A stretch of 64,000 nt of DNA from Takakia lepidozioides (lineage: Eukaryota > Plantae > Bryophyta). The stretch spans positions 70,494,001 through 70,558,000 of the forward strand of contig CM060731.1 of assembly GCA_030704615.1 (NCBI GenBank). The letters are read 5' to 3'. Made by a program: the position numbers and the translations under genes. Numbering within the stretch: position 1 is the stretch's first letter; each line of letters begins with the position of its first letter. The notes below the pieces were generated by a model. That model was not told the origin of the DNA. It saw only the letters and a program-made list of their open reading frames with translations, and did not search any database. Of the stretch, positions 62,332-64,000 are shown piece after piece.

Positions 62332-63296
62332 ATACTGATTGGACACTGATGTGTTTGTGGACAGATGAAATATTCAAAGAACATGTGCAGCATGATTTGT
62401 TTTTGTATTCTAGTCTTTCTTGTCTTGAGGGTGAAGGGTTGCTTTAGGCCTTCCAGTCATATAGAGGCACATGACATTTGGTCCAGTTAGTTGGAAGGCA
62501 TAGTATCTGTAATGGGCATTTGTGGTGGCCAAAATGGTCCTTTGAGTGAGTGCAAGGTAGACAATACTGGTGCTGGGTAAATGGTTGGTACATTGTTTCG
62601 CAAATTGAACATGTATTCAATCAAAGTTAATTGGATGCCACTGTGAGACGTTGCCTTGTATGGAAATGGACGTCAGATTCTTTCTTTGGGGTGATAAAAC
62701 AGGTGGCGTAGCATGTTTGCATTGGCTGCAGTGTCCTCCTTTGTTTGGGCATGGCATACACTCCAGAAAGCCCACGTTGGCTATGCAAGGTTAACTTCCA
62801 TCCATATACGATGCATCTTGATTTTCTGTATCTTGTTGTTTTTGCAACAGGGTGACTATGCAGAGTTGGAATGTTGAACAACTTCAAATAGAGAATTGAG
62901 TCTAGAACAACAATTGTGTGTAATGTGGCTAGCACAACAAATGATTCAACGGAATGATGCTGGAGTGTGCAACAAGGGAGGATAGCAAAGGCAGAGACAC
63001 GGCAAGACAACTGTGGGGCAAGGCAAAGTTTGAGGTGGCCTTGGCAGACAAAGAACTACCCCAACCAGTACAGACCCAGCCAGTCTTATTCACCCAACTA
63101 TCGACTCTCTGAAGAAGAGTTCTACAACCAGCCTATCACAAATCCAAACTACCTGAAGCATATCGGATTATATTATATTAGATTTCCCGGCAGTAAGCAG
63201 TCCTTCCATATTGATCCGTCACCCTTTGATTTGCAGCAAACTTTTGTTGTGTAATTTCCAGAGATCCCTGGTGACATCATCAAATCTGCAATTGTA

Positions 63297-63452
63297 CCAG
63301 ATGTCATCCTGAACATTGGTCTGATGGCCATGTATGCTAAATGTGGGAGCATCTAGGATGCCAAGGGAGTGTTCAACACTATGGCTGAACCAGATGTGGT
63401 GTCGTGGAATGCGATGCTTGCAGGGTGTGCAGAGCAGGAGCGCGGGATGGGG
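63297..63452 (+). pseudogene. PLS-class pentatricopeptide repeat (PPR) gene fragment
   Basis: PDVILNIGLMAMYAKCGSI*DAKGVFNTMAEPDVVSWNAMLAGCAEQERG; stop at 63354. Confidence 0.85.
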
Positions 63453-64000
63453 CTTTGGACACCTGAAAGCAAATGATGGGGAAAGGGGTGAAGGTACCTT
63501 CTTCAACATAATTCACCATGTTTTCCCTGCTAGTGTGTGCTTTGACAATTCTAGGCTGTCATTGTTAGCTTCTAGCAGCAAGGCGAGGATGTATGCATGA
63601 TTTGTGCAGAGGCATCGATAGCTGAAGGAGAAGGGATTTCGTGTGGGTCCAGATTCATCCAAGAGGGCCAGATTTCAAGCACAAGATTACCTGTGATTCC
63701 CTGTGGATCAATAGCTACAAGAAACCTGCATGGGTAGATGGTCAACTGGCAGCAGCGGCAGTGATAAAATCAGGCACTGCTAATGAAGGCATCTTCTTCA
63801 ACACATTTCACCCTGTTTTTCCCTCTTATCAGAATCGGCCCTAAATTTTCATGTTCAATTCTGCAAGTTAGCTGGTTGAGTGAATCTAGTTTGGAGTGAC
63901 TTTGACATGATACTGCCAATGTGACAACAAGAAAGTGTCAAAAAATAGGTAATAGAGATGAGGAGAAGTTGTGGAATGAATACTTATCTGAGCCCAGTCA

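Overview
Eukaryotic, intron-containing plant genomic DNA. It is most likely from a non-seed land plant such as a bryophyte; this is inferred from the compact introns, PLS-type PPR remnants and gene content. Five host genes can be reconstructed: a 7-exon pheophorbide a oxygenase (PAO/ACD1)-like Rieske oxygenase (-), a BPA1-like RRM gene (-) head-to-head with an hnRNP F/H/ESRP-like triple-qRRM gene (+), the Rab3GAP catalytic subunit (-), and DET1 with a large low-complexity insertion (-). Mobile DNA includes a hAT MITE with a perfect 8-bp TSD in the PAO promoter, nested tRNA-derived SINEs, two Helitron-like foldback elements, a degenerate L1 RT, and four stacked LINE 3' ends in a Rab3GAP intron. 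There is also a full-length piggyBac element with TTAA TSD, 14-bp TIRs, an intact DDD triad, one stop codon and an extra upstream ORF. The highlight is a decayed Ty3/gypsy retrotransposon whose polyprotein carries a C5-cytosine DNA methyltransferase domain (motifs I-IV, VI, VIII-X recognisable, DNMT3/DRM-like motif VIII) between the aspartic protease and the reverse transcriptase. This element has undergone a microhomology-linked inversion/duplication. It is truncated in RNase H by a CACTA terminus, which is followed by a mosaic of pseudogenised host gene fragments (plastid glucose transporter, PPR). All calls come from reading the sequence by eye; no searches were run.
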